The notes beneath the pieces were generated by a model, which saw nothing but the letters and a program-made list of their open reading frames with translations, was not told where the DNA came from and searched no databases. A DNA stretch of 64,000 bases, from the NCBI RefSeq assembly GCF_009914755.1, contig NC_060938.1; one strand, given 5' to 3'. The translations under genes were made by a program, and so were the position numbers. Source of the DNA: the human T2T-CHM13v2.0 reference genome, Homo sapiens. Every line of letters begins with the position of its first letter. Position 1 is the first letter of the stretch. Of the stretch, positions 13,229 through 25,100 are shown piece by piece.

Positions 13229-13289
13229 TAAAGTCTAAATTCTTAACATCTAAAATCCAGAAAATCACACTCACAGGAGAGTTGTACCA

Positions 13290-13552
13290 AGTTAGTTGCA
13301 TCGTGTTAGGTACAACTGTTGCTTTGTTTTCTTTTTATTTGGAAATTATATATGGTTTAAGGAGGTCCATATGGGTGCCAAATCTGCAAGGGGTGGACTT
13401 GCAGGCTTAATTTCAGGTGTCAACTTGACTGGATTAAGGAATCCCTGGAAAGCTGGGAAAGCATTATTTTGGGTATGTCTGTGATGGTTTTCTCAGAAGA
13501 GATCAGTGTGTGGGTCTGAGCGGACTAGGTGAGGAAGATCTGCTGTCACTGT
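13290..13552 (+). mobile_element. ERVL 3' internal end, polypurine tract and 5' part of an MLT2 LTR, carried inside Ricksha
   Basis: AAGGGGTGGAC polypurine tract, then TTAATTTCAGGTGTCAACTTGACTGGATTAAGG...GGGTATGTCTGTGA (MLT2 start). Confidence 0.8.
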
Positions 13553-13882
13553 TTTGAATGTCTTGAATATCACAGAAGAAGTTAAAATGAAAGTAAAAAA
13601 TGCACAAAATCTTGTCTGCCAAATTATGTAATCATGTACCAAGCACCTCTACAGGTAGCACCATGCTTGCCTTCACAAAATGCCTTTTGTGAGATAATAA
13701 AAATAGTTCAAAAAATTCAGTGGCCTTCTGAGCCAGACACCTCCTGGCACAGAGCTTCCTCCAGTGCTACAAGACATATTAAATCATGAACTATTCTTGA
13801 TTAGGGATTTGACTGTCAAAAAAGGTAAACATGTTTATTTACCACTAAGTTTAACATAACAAAACTGGTGCATGTTTCACTT

Positions 13883-14690
13883 TGGCTGATGAACGGCACT
13901 TTCAAAACTGTCCCCAGTGAGTTTTTTAAATCAACTTTATACAGTTTATGCCCCCATTGGATTAAAAAATTCTGTAATTTAATCTGCATGTTTATTGTTT
14001 AATAACTGGAAAAAGTGAAGAACTTTTTAAAAGCTTATTTGAAGATTTGGAGGGCTTTGCAGAGGAAAATAGATTTCAATTGGATCCCCAAACTATAATG
14101 ACAAGTTTTTAATTAGGTGTGATCAAGGCTTCTAAAAGTGAAATGCAAGTTGTTACCAGTAAAGTTTATATCTTCCATTCAGCCCAGCTCATTTGCCAGA
14201 AAATTCAGGTGAGTGGATTGGCCAGACTATCTGGCAAGGATGAAAATTTTAGTTTAAAAATGTGTCATTTGTCTGTATTGGCATTCCTCCCACCTGATAA
14301 AATTCCAGGAGCTTTTGATAAATTAAAACCATAATTGCCTGAAGAAGACAGAAATATTACATACTGGTTTGAAAATAATGATGTGCAAGGTAGTATAAGA
14401 AGTCATTTAGGCAACGGTGTTGCTGTTCAATCAAGAGTATTGTTTCTGCCAAATGAGTGGTCTGTATATGATGGCCTGCAAAATGGATTTCCACATACTC
14501 AAAACAATAGACAAGAATGGCATAGAAGATTGGAAAATGTAATAGGAAATACTCATGTCAGTGTGTATCAAATTATAGAAGAATTTCAAAAAGAGCAGTG
14601 TCACGTAGAAAATGAATGTGAATGTATTTTATGAGGAGAGTCAAATCCTAAAAACAAAAAAGGCAACTATTCATCGTGATGCATGACTTC
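13883..14690 (+). pseudogene. Decayed MULE DDE transposase
   Basis: Translates to WLMNGTFKTVPS, QLYTVYAP, PQTIMTSF*LG, YIFHSAQ, LAFLPPDKI, YWFENN and HTQNNRQEWHRRL. These correspond to the MULE motifs DGTF, TDFE, CxxH and TNNxxExWH. Confidence 0.85.
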
Positions 14691-15397
14691 AAAATATAGC
14701 TAATGATCATGAAAGTCAGCCAGCTATGATGAACTCTGCAATTGCCCATAATCTATCCATGTAATATACTTTTTATGTGTCAATTTTCTTTTTAGTTGTT
14801 TCTTTTTCCATTTTTTCCACTATTTTAAATTGTCAGCATTATTTTTTACAAGTTGCTATGCTGTGTATTTCATCTTAGTATCATTTCCAATACTGGAGGT
14901 ATAAATTTTGCAAAGACTTTTAGAGAGTTCTAATTTGTTTTATGCATTTTTTTTGCAAATTTAACTCCACAAGAGTGCATTATCACAAGACTGACTTTGT
15001 GTGTAAGCATTGTACATGTACATAAAAACATTAAAGTTTCCTCAATAAATGAGAAGATATCCTTTTTGCACATTTGCATTTGGGAAAGAGAAAATTCCTC
15101 AGGGTCTCAGCTCTTTGAATGCATATTAGATGGTGACCCATCCCAGCTTTTGATGAATCTGGTCGAAAGACTTAGGTTGTCTGTCACAATATTCCAGATG
15201 ACCTAAGTTATAAAGCTGAGTGCACCCAGTTACCAACCATGCTTTTATACATTTTGCTTTTTGACCCATTTCTTTACAAGTACAACTCGTCTGCTCATTA
15301 CCATTATACCCGTGAGACTATCGTTAGCATACCTGAGTTTTATGCTTGCAAATATATGTATGTTATTATTGCCTATTGATTGTGTAAAGTGGCCTAG

Positions 15398-15762
<365 letters not shown>

Positions 15763-17275
15763 AATAAGTGCTTTTTAAAGAATGTGTTAATAATTTTTTT
15801 CCAGAATTGTATGTTCGAATTTTGTTTTTTTAGGATTGTAATTTTCAGGATTTTAGACTGTACAGATTTAGATCTTTTGGGACTTCAACATTTGGGATTA
15901 CGATGTTTAGGATTGTGTTTTCCTGGGCTGTGGCCCAAACTCATGTGGTCCAACACTATTTCACATGAGAGGAATCAAACCACGTGCATAGATGCAATGA
16001 AGGCTTAAATAGTTGTCATGTATAGATTATATCCCAGGAAAACATGATTAAGATGATACATAGTGACTTTTTTTTTCCCAGTGAAAAAGATCCACATTAT
16101 TTTTCTTGTGTGGAATTAAACACAATTTCTGAATCAATGTAAGTGAATGCAAATCACCACGTTCACTTAGCTGATGCTCCTTTATTAACAGGGATAGAAA
16201 GGAGGTCATTCGAAGAGATGATGGCACGGGACCCAGGACCTGAGGAAGCTGCAGTGGGTGAAGGGGAGAAACAGAGGAGCAGGGGCTGGAGAAAGAGTGG
16301 GGAGTCATCAACCACCCTCCTTTCTCCTGGCGTCTGGTGTTCGGAGCCCAGAGGTATTCTCTAGGGCCTCGGAGAAGCTTCCAAGTCTGCTCATTTCTCT
16401 TTCCCCATCCCTGCTTGTATCACAAATAAAGAAATTATTGACAACTGAGTTCCTGACAAGGTGGCAGGATTTTAGGGACCCTTCACCTCGTCTGAAACTC
16501 ATGAAGGTAGTGGGAATCCCATGGGTTGGTTAGCAATAGTCCCTGAGATTATTTGGTCATATAAATAATCAGAAAACTCATAGTCATCTTGCTTTTCTCA
16601 TAATGCTCAGCTGGGGGATGGTGGGGGTAGGGAGGACTGGAGTGAGAAGAGATAGAACCAGAGCTGGCTTTCACGTATGGGGCTCTCCAGAGCAATCAGG
16701 CCTAAGTACAATGAAGAGGGGTTTTGAAGCCGCTCTGGCTAGGGCAGCCTGGTCTCAGGCCCCAGCTCACACCAAGCACATCACCTGTCTGACTGGGAAG
16801 CTTAAGCAATGTTTCTGTTTTTGCTTTTGTTTTCTGGTAAATAATTCAATGTCATTAGCTACATTCACAATGCTGTGAAATCATCACCACTATCCATTTC
16901 TGAAACATTCTATCATCCCAGACAGGAACTCTGTGCCCATTAGACACTAACCCCGCCCATTTCTACCTCCTGCCAGTCCTGAAAACCTCTATTCTACTTT
17001 GTGTCTCTATTAATTTGCCTGTTCCAGGTTCTTCATATAGATGGAATCACGTAGTCTGTGTTTGACGTCTCACTTAGCATAATGTTTTTAAGTTTTATCT
17101 ATGTGGTAGCAAGTATCAGAATTCCCTCCCTTTTTAAAGATCACTAATATTCCATTTTATGTCTATACCACATTTTGTTTATCCATCGTCCCTCAATAGA
17201 CTTTTTAGGTTGTTTCCACCTTGTGGTTCCTGTAAATAAGGCTGCTGTGATGCTGCAATGAACACAGGTGTAGCA

Positions 17276-17838
17276 GGCAGGTGTGGTGGCATGCGCCTGT
17301 AGTTCCTGCTACTCAGGCATCTGAGGCAGGAAGATCGCTTGAGCCCAGGAGTCCTGGGCTGCAGGGTGCTGTGTTGATCAGATGTCTGCACGAAATTAGA
17401 CATTAGTACAGTGACCTCCTGGGGTAAGGGACTACCAGGTTGCCTAAGGAGGGGCGAACCGGCCTGGGTTGGAGACAAAGCAGGGCACAACTCCCAGTTT
17501 GACCAGCAGGGGGTCATGCCTGTGGACAGCCACGCAGCAGGGGGATCCTGCCCGTGGAGAGCCCCGCAGCAGGGAGATCGTGCCCATGGACAGCCCCGCA
17601 GCAGGGGGATCGTGCCTGTAAACAGCCCCGCAGCAGGGGGTCATGCCTGTGGACAGCCCCTCAGCAGGGAAGTTGTGCCTCTGGACGGCCCCGCAGCAGG
17701 GGATTGTGCCTGTGGACAGCCCCGCAGCAGGGGGTCGTGCCTGTGGACAGCTCCCCAGCAGGGGGATCATGCCTATAATCAGCCCCTGCACTCCAGGCTG
17801 GGAAACAGAATGAGACCCTATTTATTAAAAAAAAAAAA
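17276..17838 (+). pseudogene. Processed 7SL (RN7SL) RNA pseudogene with an internal minisatellite
   Basis: Contains the 7SL S-domain absent from Alu (GTGACCTCCTGGGG...ACCAGGTTGCCTAAGGAGGGGCGAACCGGCC), the 7SL 3' end TGCACTCCAGGCTGGGAAAA-like segment, poly(A), and TSD GAACACAGGTG at 17260-17270 and 17859-17869. Confidence 0.93.
17504..17789. repeat. 31-32 bp GC-rich minisatellite, about 9 copies
   Basis: Consensus CAGCAGGGGGATCGTGCCTGTGGACAGCCCCG. Confidence 0.96.
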
Positions 17839-18109
17839 GGGGGGGGGGGATAGGGAGAGAACACAGGTGCACAAGTATCTATTTGAGTAACTGCTTTCCA
17901 TTCTTTTGAAGATAGATATAGGTAGATAAAGATACAGATATAGAGATTTATAGATGTGAGTGGGATTACTGAATCATATGGTAATTCTATGTCTAAATTC
18001 TTGAGGAACCATATGTTTTCCACAGCCGATGTACTATTTTTCATACCCACCCTCAATGCACAAGAGTTACAATTTTTCCACATCCTTGTCAGCACTTATT
18101 ATTTTCTAG

Positions 18110-18416
<307 letters not shown>

Positions 18417-19386
18417 CTGATTTTTTTGTTTTTTCTTTTTTGATAACAGCCATCCTAATCGTTGTGCAATGTGTGTGTGTGTGTTTTTAATATCACATTG
18501 GTGATTCTAATGTGTAACCAGGAAAGAAAAGCATGGATTCTGGGTCTCAATTTTTCATCTAGGTTAACTGGAGCAAATAAAACCTATTGAAGAGTTCTCC
18601 TGATAATTGAATGAGTTCCCCCATAGAAGGCAAAATCTACAAATGTTGGTTCCTCTCTTATTCCCTTGGAATTCTACTAAACTTCCGGCCTCAACATACA
18701 GAGAAACTCTCTGAAGCCTAAAACTATGCAGATTTGACACAGGGCTGATTTTAACTTCTGTTTTGCTTTTACCATATAGCTAGCTGCAGATGTCACATGT
18801 GTCCTCCATGACATCTAAATAGCACTACACCTGCACCAGATTTCCTCTCAAATTAACTACTCATCAGTTCTGTTATTAAACAAACAAGGAGCAGCTGTAA
18901 TACTGAAGGAATGTGTGGAATTGTGCTTTAAAATTACATCTCTGCCAACACTTTTAGTTTGCTTGTTGAATAACTACAAGTTTTCCAGTTAAATTAATAG
19001 AATACTTTATACCCATAAAATCCTGAAATACTTGGCAATACACACAACAAAATATTTTACAAGTAGAGAATATAATAAATGTATGACACTTTAGACATTC
19101 ATTGAGATACGTTTAAACAGTGTTTACTTTTCATTGGTGTGCTTTCTTTCATCTCACAGTAATAAGCTGTGGTTTAGTTTATCGGCTGAATACTCACTAT
19201 GCAGTCTTTTGTAAAATTTTGGAGGTCTGCAGTAATGTGGTTGTTGAGCTTCAACACAAAACACAGAAGATCCCAGGAACCACAAACTAATCCATCCACT
19301 ATGCAGTATCTAAAGTGTTTGCAAAAATAAAAACAAACAACAACAACAAAAAAAAAAAACTGAACAACTGACTTGTAGCAAAGCTA

Positions 19387-19432
19387 TCAGGTTAGTGCAA
19401 AAGTAATTGTGGTTTTGCCATTGAAAGTAATG
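19387..19432. mobile_element. MADE1 (Hsmar1 MITE), one half
   Basis: TCAGGTTAGTGCAAAAGTAATTGTGGTTTTGCCATTGAAAGTAATG matches one mariner TIR plus the spacer; the second TIR is missing. Confidence 0.8.
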
Positions 19433-19887
19433 AAAGTAACTGAAAGAATAGGTGTTCTAGCTGGACATTCTACAATGCATGCCACAACCATGGATCAATT
19501 GTGTATTGAAAACCCAAACCAACTGAGGATCACTGCTGTGCATTATTCCCATCGTGTCATAATGTGGCAAACTAAAACTAAGGACTTGTAACAAGGGATT
19601 TTCAGAGGGAGAGCAAACATATTGGTTAAAGCAAAGAAAACTGGCAATTTTCAATTTTCTCAAATCAAACTATTCACTACTTTGTATCCTTCTCTACAAA
19701 ATCCAGAACTTTCGATAGGATCACCCTTAGGTAAAACTGTAAAGTGAGCAGCTTCTGATCAATAGGCCTCAACTCCTTTTCCCTTCTGTATCACAGACCG
19801 TGTGGGTGAATCCATCACATGACCTAATACGATTTGGCCAGTTGGGAAAGGTCTCTTTAAAGAACTAATACTCAGGCTGGGATCTAG

Positions 19888-20043
19888 AGCAAAGCATCGT
19901 AATCTTGAATGTGCATATGAACCACCTGGGCACCTTGTCAACAAGCAGATTCTGATTCATTGGATCTAGGGTGGTGCCTGAGCTCTAGCAAGCTCCCAGG
20001 GATGCCTATGTGACTGCCTTGGACATCAGTTACAGTAGCAAGA
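19888..20043. mobile_element. MER5A-like hAT MITE
   Basis: TGCATATGAACCACCTGGGCACCTTGTCAACAAGCAGATTCTGATTCA...CAAGCTCCCAGGGATGC. Confidence 0.8.
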
Positions 20044-20881
20044 ATATAAGCAGATACCAGCCAACAAAGCAGGAGTGAATGCATCACGGCCCAGGCAGCC
20101 CTGGACCACGCCAGCTCAGGGATCTGAGGAAAGAGTAACTGGACTGAGGTCTATGAGTGCTTCCATGAGAGGTGAGGCTGAGGAGGTGGACAAGATCTAG
20201 ATCAATGTGTTAACTTCCTACTAAATGCAAGGCTAGGCTCTGCATAAACAGAAACAAATAAGGCAAATCTAGTCCTTGCATCTTTAGAGCTTGCAGTCTA
20301 GCAGAGTTATTTCATGGGTAGAAAATCATTAAAGATTTTTAAACGAAGGAGATACATGATCTAATTCAAATTTTTGAAGAACCTCTCTGGGTGTGCCATA
20401 GAGAAGGTATTGGAGAGGCAAAAAGTTGGATAGAGGAGTATATGTTTGCAGATCAGCTGAAAGATGCGGATGACAGAAGCGGATAATTTTAGCACATATT
20501 TTGAAAGTGAAATAACAGTACTTGGTTGCAAGTTGTGATGGTAGGGGGGGTTGCAGGAAGAAGAAAGCATCAAGGATGATGATGCTTTCTGGAAGAAGCC
20601 AATGGGTAAATGGAGACGATTTTTATAAAGAATGATAAGGCTGAAGAAGAAATAAACTAACAAAAGGGAAATGATTGAGGAAGTGGCATAGATGTGGGGG
20701 CAGAACTCAAGAGTTTTGTATTCTGATTTTAGGAATGCCTGTGAAAATCCCAGTGGAGATTTCAAGATGGCAGGAGCACATGTTTTGGAGCTTGGGAGGA
20801 GAGGTCTGTAGGAGCCATATGCATATCAATGGTATCTAAAGCCATAGGAATTAATAAAACCTTGTCTAGAGTCTGTGTAGG

Positions 20882-21102
20882 CAGGGGTGTCCAACCTTTT
20901 GGCTTCCCTGGCTGCATTCGAATAAGAAGAATTGTCTTGGGCCACACATAAAATATACTAACATTAACAATAGAGGATGAGCTAAAAAAAATCATAAAAT
21001 ATCTTATAATGCTTGAAGAATGTTTACAAATTTGTGTTTGGCTGCATTCAAAGCTGTCCTGGGCCACACGTGGCCCACAGGCCATTGGTTGGACAAGCTT
21101 AG
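20882..21102 (+). mobile_element. MER30 hAT MITE
   Basis: CAGGGGTGTCCAACCTTTTGGCTTCCCTGG...AAGAATTGTCTTGGGCCACACATAAAATA...GGTTGGACAAGCTT. Confidence 0.9.
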
Positions 21103-21269
21103 TATGGAATAAGAACAGAAGAGGACCCAGGATTTAGGAACTTCAACATTTAAAGTTTGGGCAAACAGGGAGAAGCTGATAAGGAAATAGTTCAAGCTAG
21201 AGGAAGAGTTCAGGGGTCTACTCTACCGAATGTTCCTGAGACCCCATTGGACTTATATATTACATAATA

Positions 21270-21384
21270 TGTACAATATATGTCACTTTGGTGATGGATA
21301 CCCTAATAGCTTTGAACTGACCACTATGCATGGAAAAAAATTGCACACGTATCCCATAAATTTTATATAAACAAAAGTAAATAG
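21270..21384 (+). mobile_element. Short L1 (L1PB/L1MA) 3' terminal fragment
   Basis: TTTGGTGATGGATACCCTAATAGC...TTGCACACGTATCCCATAAATTTTATATAAA. Confidence 0.7.
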
Positions 21385-21644
21385 AAGGAAGAAAAGGAGA
21401 AAGAGAGAGAAGGAAGGAAGGAAGGAAGGAAGGAAGGAAGGAAGGAAGGAAGGGTGAGGAAAGGAAAGGAAAGAAGGAAAGGAGAGCGAGGAAAGGAAGG
21501 GAAGGGAAAGGAAAGGAAAGGAAAGGAAAGGAAAGGAAAGGAAAGGGAAGGAAAGAAGGGAGAGAGAGGGAAGGTTAGGAAAGGGAGGGAAGGAAGGAAG
21601 GGAGAAAGAAAGAGGAAAGAAAGAGAGAGAGAAAGAGAGAAAGA

Positions 21645-21697
<53 letters not shown>

Positions 21698-21755
21698 AGG
21701 AAGGAAAGAAAGGAAGAAGGAAAGAAAGAAAGGGAGAGAAAGAAAGAAAGAGGAA
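21384..21755. repeat. Polypurine tract of about 370 bp: (GGAA)10, (GGAAA)n, (GAAA)n
   Basis: Directly visible; GGAA x10 at 21412-21451. Confidence 0.98.
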
Positions 21756-21787
21756 TAGTGTTCATGATGTTTAGGAATCACCAATTC

Positions 21788-22132
21788 TGGGGGTGCTGAA
21801 TTGTGTCCCCCCAGATTCCTATGTTGAAGAGCTGATCCCCACTGCCTCAGAGGGACTGATTTAGAGAAGGCATTCAAAGAGGTAAGTGAGGTCAAATGAA
21901 GCCATATGGGTGGACCCTAAACCAATATGGCAGGTGTCCATCTAAAAAGAGATTGAGACACAGGCAACACAGCCTGAGGACACAGCAAGAAGGGAGGCAT
22001 CTGCAAGACAGCAGTTCTCAGAAGAAGGCAAACCTGCTGACATTCCATCCTGGATTTCCAGTCTTCAGAGCTTGAGAAGATAAACCACTCAATCTGTGGC
22101 AGCTTGTGATGGAAGCCCCTAGCACTCTTATA
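21788..22132 (+). mobile_element. MLT1B-like LTR
   Basis: GCTGAATTGTGTCCCCC...GGGTGGACCCTAAACCAATATGGCAGGTGTCC...GGATTTCCAGTCTTCAGAGC. Confidence 0.8.
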
Positions 22133-25100
22133 TGGTGACCTTAGCACAAGCAGTTTCATAGGCTTGATGAAAGTGAAAGCCAAACTGACCTGAATAAAGA
22201 GTGAAAGGAAAATGAGCAAAAGGAGATAGCAAGTGTGGAAAATCCTTGAGAAAAATTTGCCAAGAAAGGAGGAGATGGCTTGATAGCTAGAAAGCACACA
22301 GAGTCAAAGTTAAGGTTCCTCCAAAACAGAAGATATTTTAAATGAAAAATTTATATTTAAATGCTGACAGAATGCATCAAGAAGGAGAGAGATTGAAGAT
22401 GCAGATGACAAACGGAAAAGCAATGAACAGAATCCGTGAAAAGTCAGGAAAAGAAGGGAGATTATTAGAGGGATGTCCTTTTACAGGAAGAGGAATACTT
22501 CCTCCACTGCCCCAGGATTTAAAAAGCTTATAAATTACAGGTAACATTCTACCTAATTATAGAACTTTACGCTTTTCAATAAATTTTATTGTACATAATA
22601 CAGTCACTCTGTGAATTCAGTGAGACAGATAGTTATCCACATTTTACATAAAAAGAAAGAAAAGGCAGAAAAGAAGTGATTTGCTTGAAGTAACACAGAA
22701 ATAGCTGGTAGAATCATGTACTGTGTAGATGGCAGGGCTCCTGACTTCTCATTTCACACCAGAATTGTAGACAGAATTAGATATAATGACAGTTATTATA
22801 TTTGTAAACCTTTCAAATAAGAATATCCTTAGAATTTCATTCATTAACCAAGCTCAAAGCATGTGATTAGCATCTGAAAATGTATTATTATACAATCAAT
22901 AGACAGCAAAAGAGGTTTCCGTTTTCCTGTGTATTTGAAAGAGTTCAACAGCCCTAAGTCACACAGTTGGAGGAAACTCAAACAAGGGAAATTTCATTTG
23001 AAGTGATGAAATTAACATGATGAAGTTTACAATACAAAGATTTTTGTTTCAAGACTCTGAGGTTTGGTAGGGAGGAAGGGGAAAGGCAGATGACACCAAA
23101 TAAGACTGGTTGGAGAGGGGATGAGAAGCATCAATTAGAAAGCTCTTCAAATTCAAACGGACCGTTCAAACCACCCTAGGACTAGACTCCAATCGGGAAA
23201 GACTCTGAAGGAAATGATCTCCTACTGTCACGAGATGGCTAACGTGATTTAGGTAAAAAGCTTTTAGTTTTATGGCTGGGGAAGTAGCAATAAAGAAAAT
23301 GAACCTCCTGCCAGTGATTCTTTTTCAAGCTCTGCAAATTCCTGTGTCTGGGGAAGCTATAAAGAATGTCCAGCCTCATGTCAAAAGAATTGCCACAGAT
23401 CTCCAGCTCACCTGCATTCAAGCATTGAAACATCCCTAAGCCTGTTCCGAGGCCAGCCTGGAACTGAGAATCCAGGAGAGTCTTTTCTGTTCTGCTGCTG
23501 CAGCTACACTATCTACTTGTTAGCATAACCAGGGCCACCAGCAACACATGCTAGAGAAATACAGAGAGCAAAAATCAACAGCTGATGAAAAGCAGAATCT
23601 TTTCTTTTTGACAGCAATACCAATAGCATGAAGCACGTCCCTTTTGGAGCTTTCCAAACCAATTCAAAAGCGAGTTTTCTGGTGCGGATCAAGAAAGCTA
23701 GCCAAATTGCCCCTGAGTGCATAGCCACTGGCCAAGATATTGATGACTGTAGGCAGCTCAGGACGCATCCTCGGCCCCGGTGCTGTCTTTCTCAGAGCTC
23801 TGTTTAATTCCATCAGGCACGGGCAGCATTTGGAGAAAGCTGTGTTGATTTTTGTGATCTTCAGCCAGCACAGAAGTGGCCAGTTCCCTAGGCTCCCAGC
23901 ACCATCCTTCTCCTGCCCTGCCCCTTCATGGCCTTCCAGGGCTCAATGGACCCAGACTTGCCTTTCACCCCTGTCAAAACCTCACAGTCCTGTGTGTCTG
24001 TTTCCCTTTGAACTACACAAACTAACTAATTTGGTGAACCTATTAAGTGAACTTCTTTATACTCATGATCTAGAGTGCATTGAACGCTAAAGGGTTTGCT
24101 AAACGGTGTCAAAATCAATTCTGTCTTCTTCCAACTGGACCAAGTCTTCTTTGAGTTAATAAAACTCTGAGAAATCTGAGTGGATTTTTCATAGTATCTC
24201 TTTCTATTCCTTTGGGGTTTTTTTGTTTGTTTTTTTACTTTTCATGGAGATTTTCCTTAATTTAACCCAAAAGATATACCCATATGACATTTGAACTAAT
24301 ATGAAAGAGGTAGTAGGACAAAGAATTTGAAGACAGTCTTTCAGAGCCCCACAAAGTACTTGAAATTTATCAATAAACCCCTCCCGGTGCTTCCCACCAT
24401 GTTCCACCATTCCATCTCCATTTTAAGCCATGAACCTTCAAGTAGCATCTCCTCCTGTGAAACCTACGGTTTGGAGATAAATTATTGATGATTAATGACT
24501 TAGAAGAACCAAAGAAAGGATCCTCTAGTGGAGACACAGCATGGAAATGATGGTCCAGGGTGAGACGGAACTGCTTCCAATCCCAGTGCCGCCTGTGTGG
24601 TTCCAGCTGTGTGCTGCTCTTCCTCTAATCTTGTTTACTCGTCTCTAATATGGGACTAATAACATATACATCAGACTACTGTGAGGGTTGAATGTAACGA
24701 TATTCCAAATTGTTGCATGTGTCCAGTACTTAACATAGTGCCAAGAACAAAACATGTATCAATAAGTATGAATAGCCTTCCCAGCGCACACCTCCAAACA
24801 GTGGATTTCTGGCCGATGACAAGTAGTGGTTCCCAGCGGTCCTACAGGTTATGGTTTAACTTACCACTAGCCAATCAGTAAGTTTGCCTCAGACCACATC
24901 ACAATTCTTTTGCAAGCCTGGAGCTTGGTGAAAAACAAAGGGGAAAATAATTAATGTCCCTAAGGCAGATGCTGAAAGATTAACTTCATAACATAATTCT
25001 CTCACCAGACTTGTTTCCTGAATGTCTATTTAAACTTTAACTCTGCAAATAAAATAAAGTTGGTAATGAAGGTGATTAAGATGGTATTTGTCCAGGGAAC

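Larger units (their letters stand above)
20080..22500 (-). mobile_element. Fragmented L2 hosting MER30, an L1 tail with purine tract, and MLT1
   Basis: L2-like blocks at about 20330-20880, 21100-21260 and 22130-22500. Confidence 0.6.

Noticed and set aside
13883-14690. Domesticated MULE transposase gene
   Set aside because: In-frame stops, a frameshift near the first motif and altered catalytic positions.
17411-17890. Repetitive ORFs of 74-159 aa over the GC-rich VNTR
   Set aside because: Open frames arise from the stop-poor repeat inside a 7SL pseudogene.
21283-21895. Phe/Leu/Ser-rich and Lys/Glu/Arg-rich ORFs
   Set aside because: Translations of the polypurine microsatellite.
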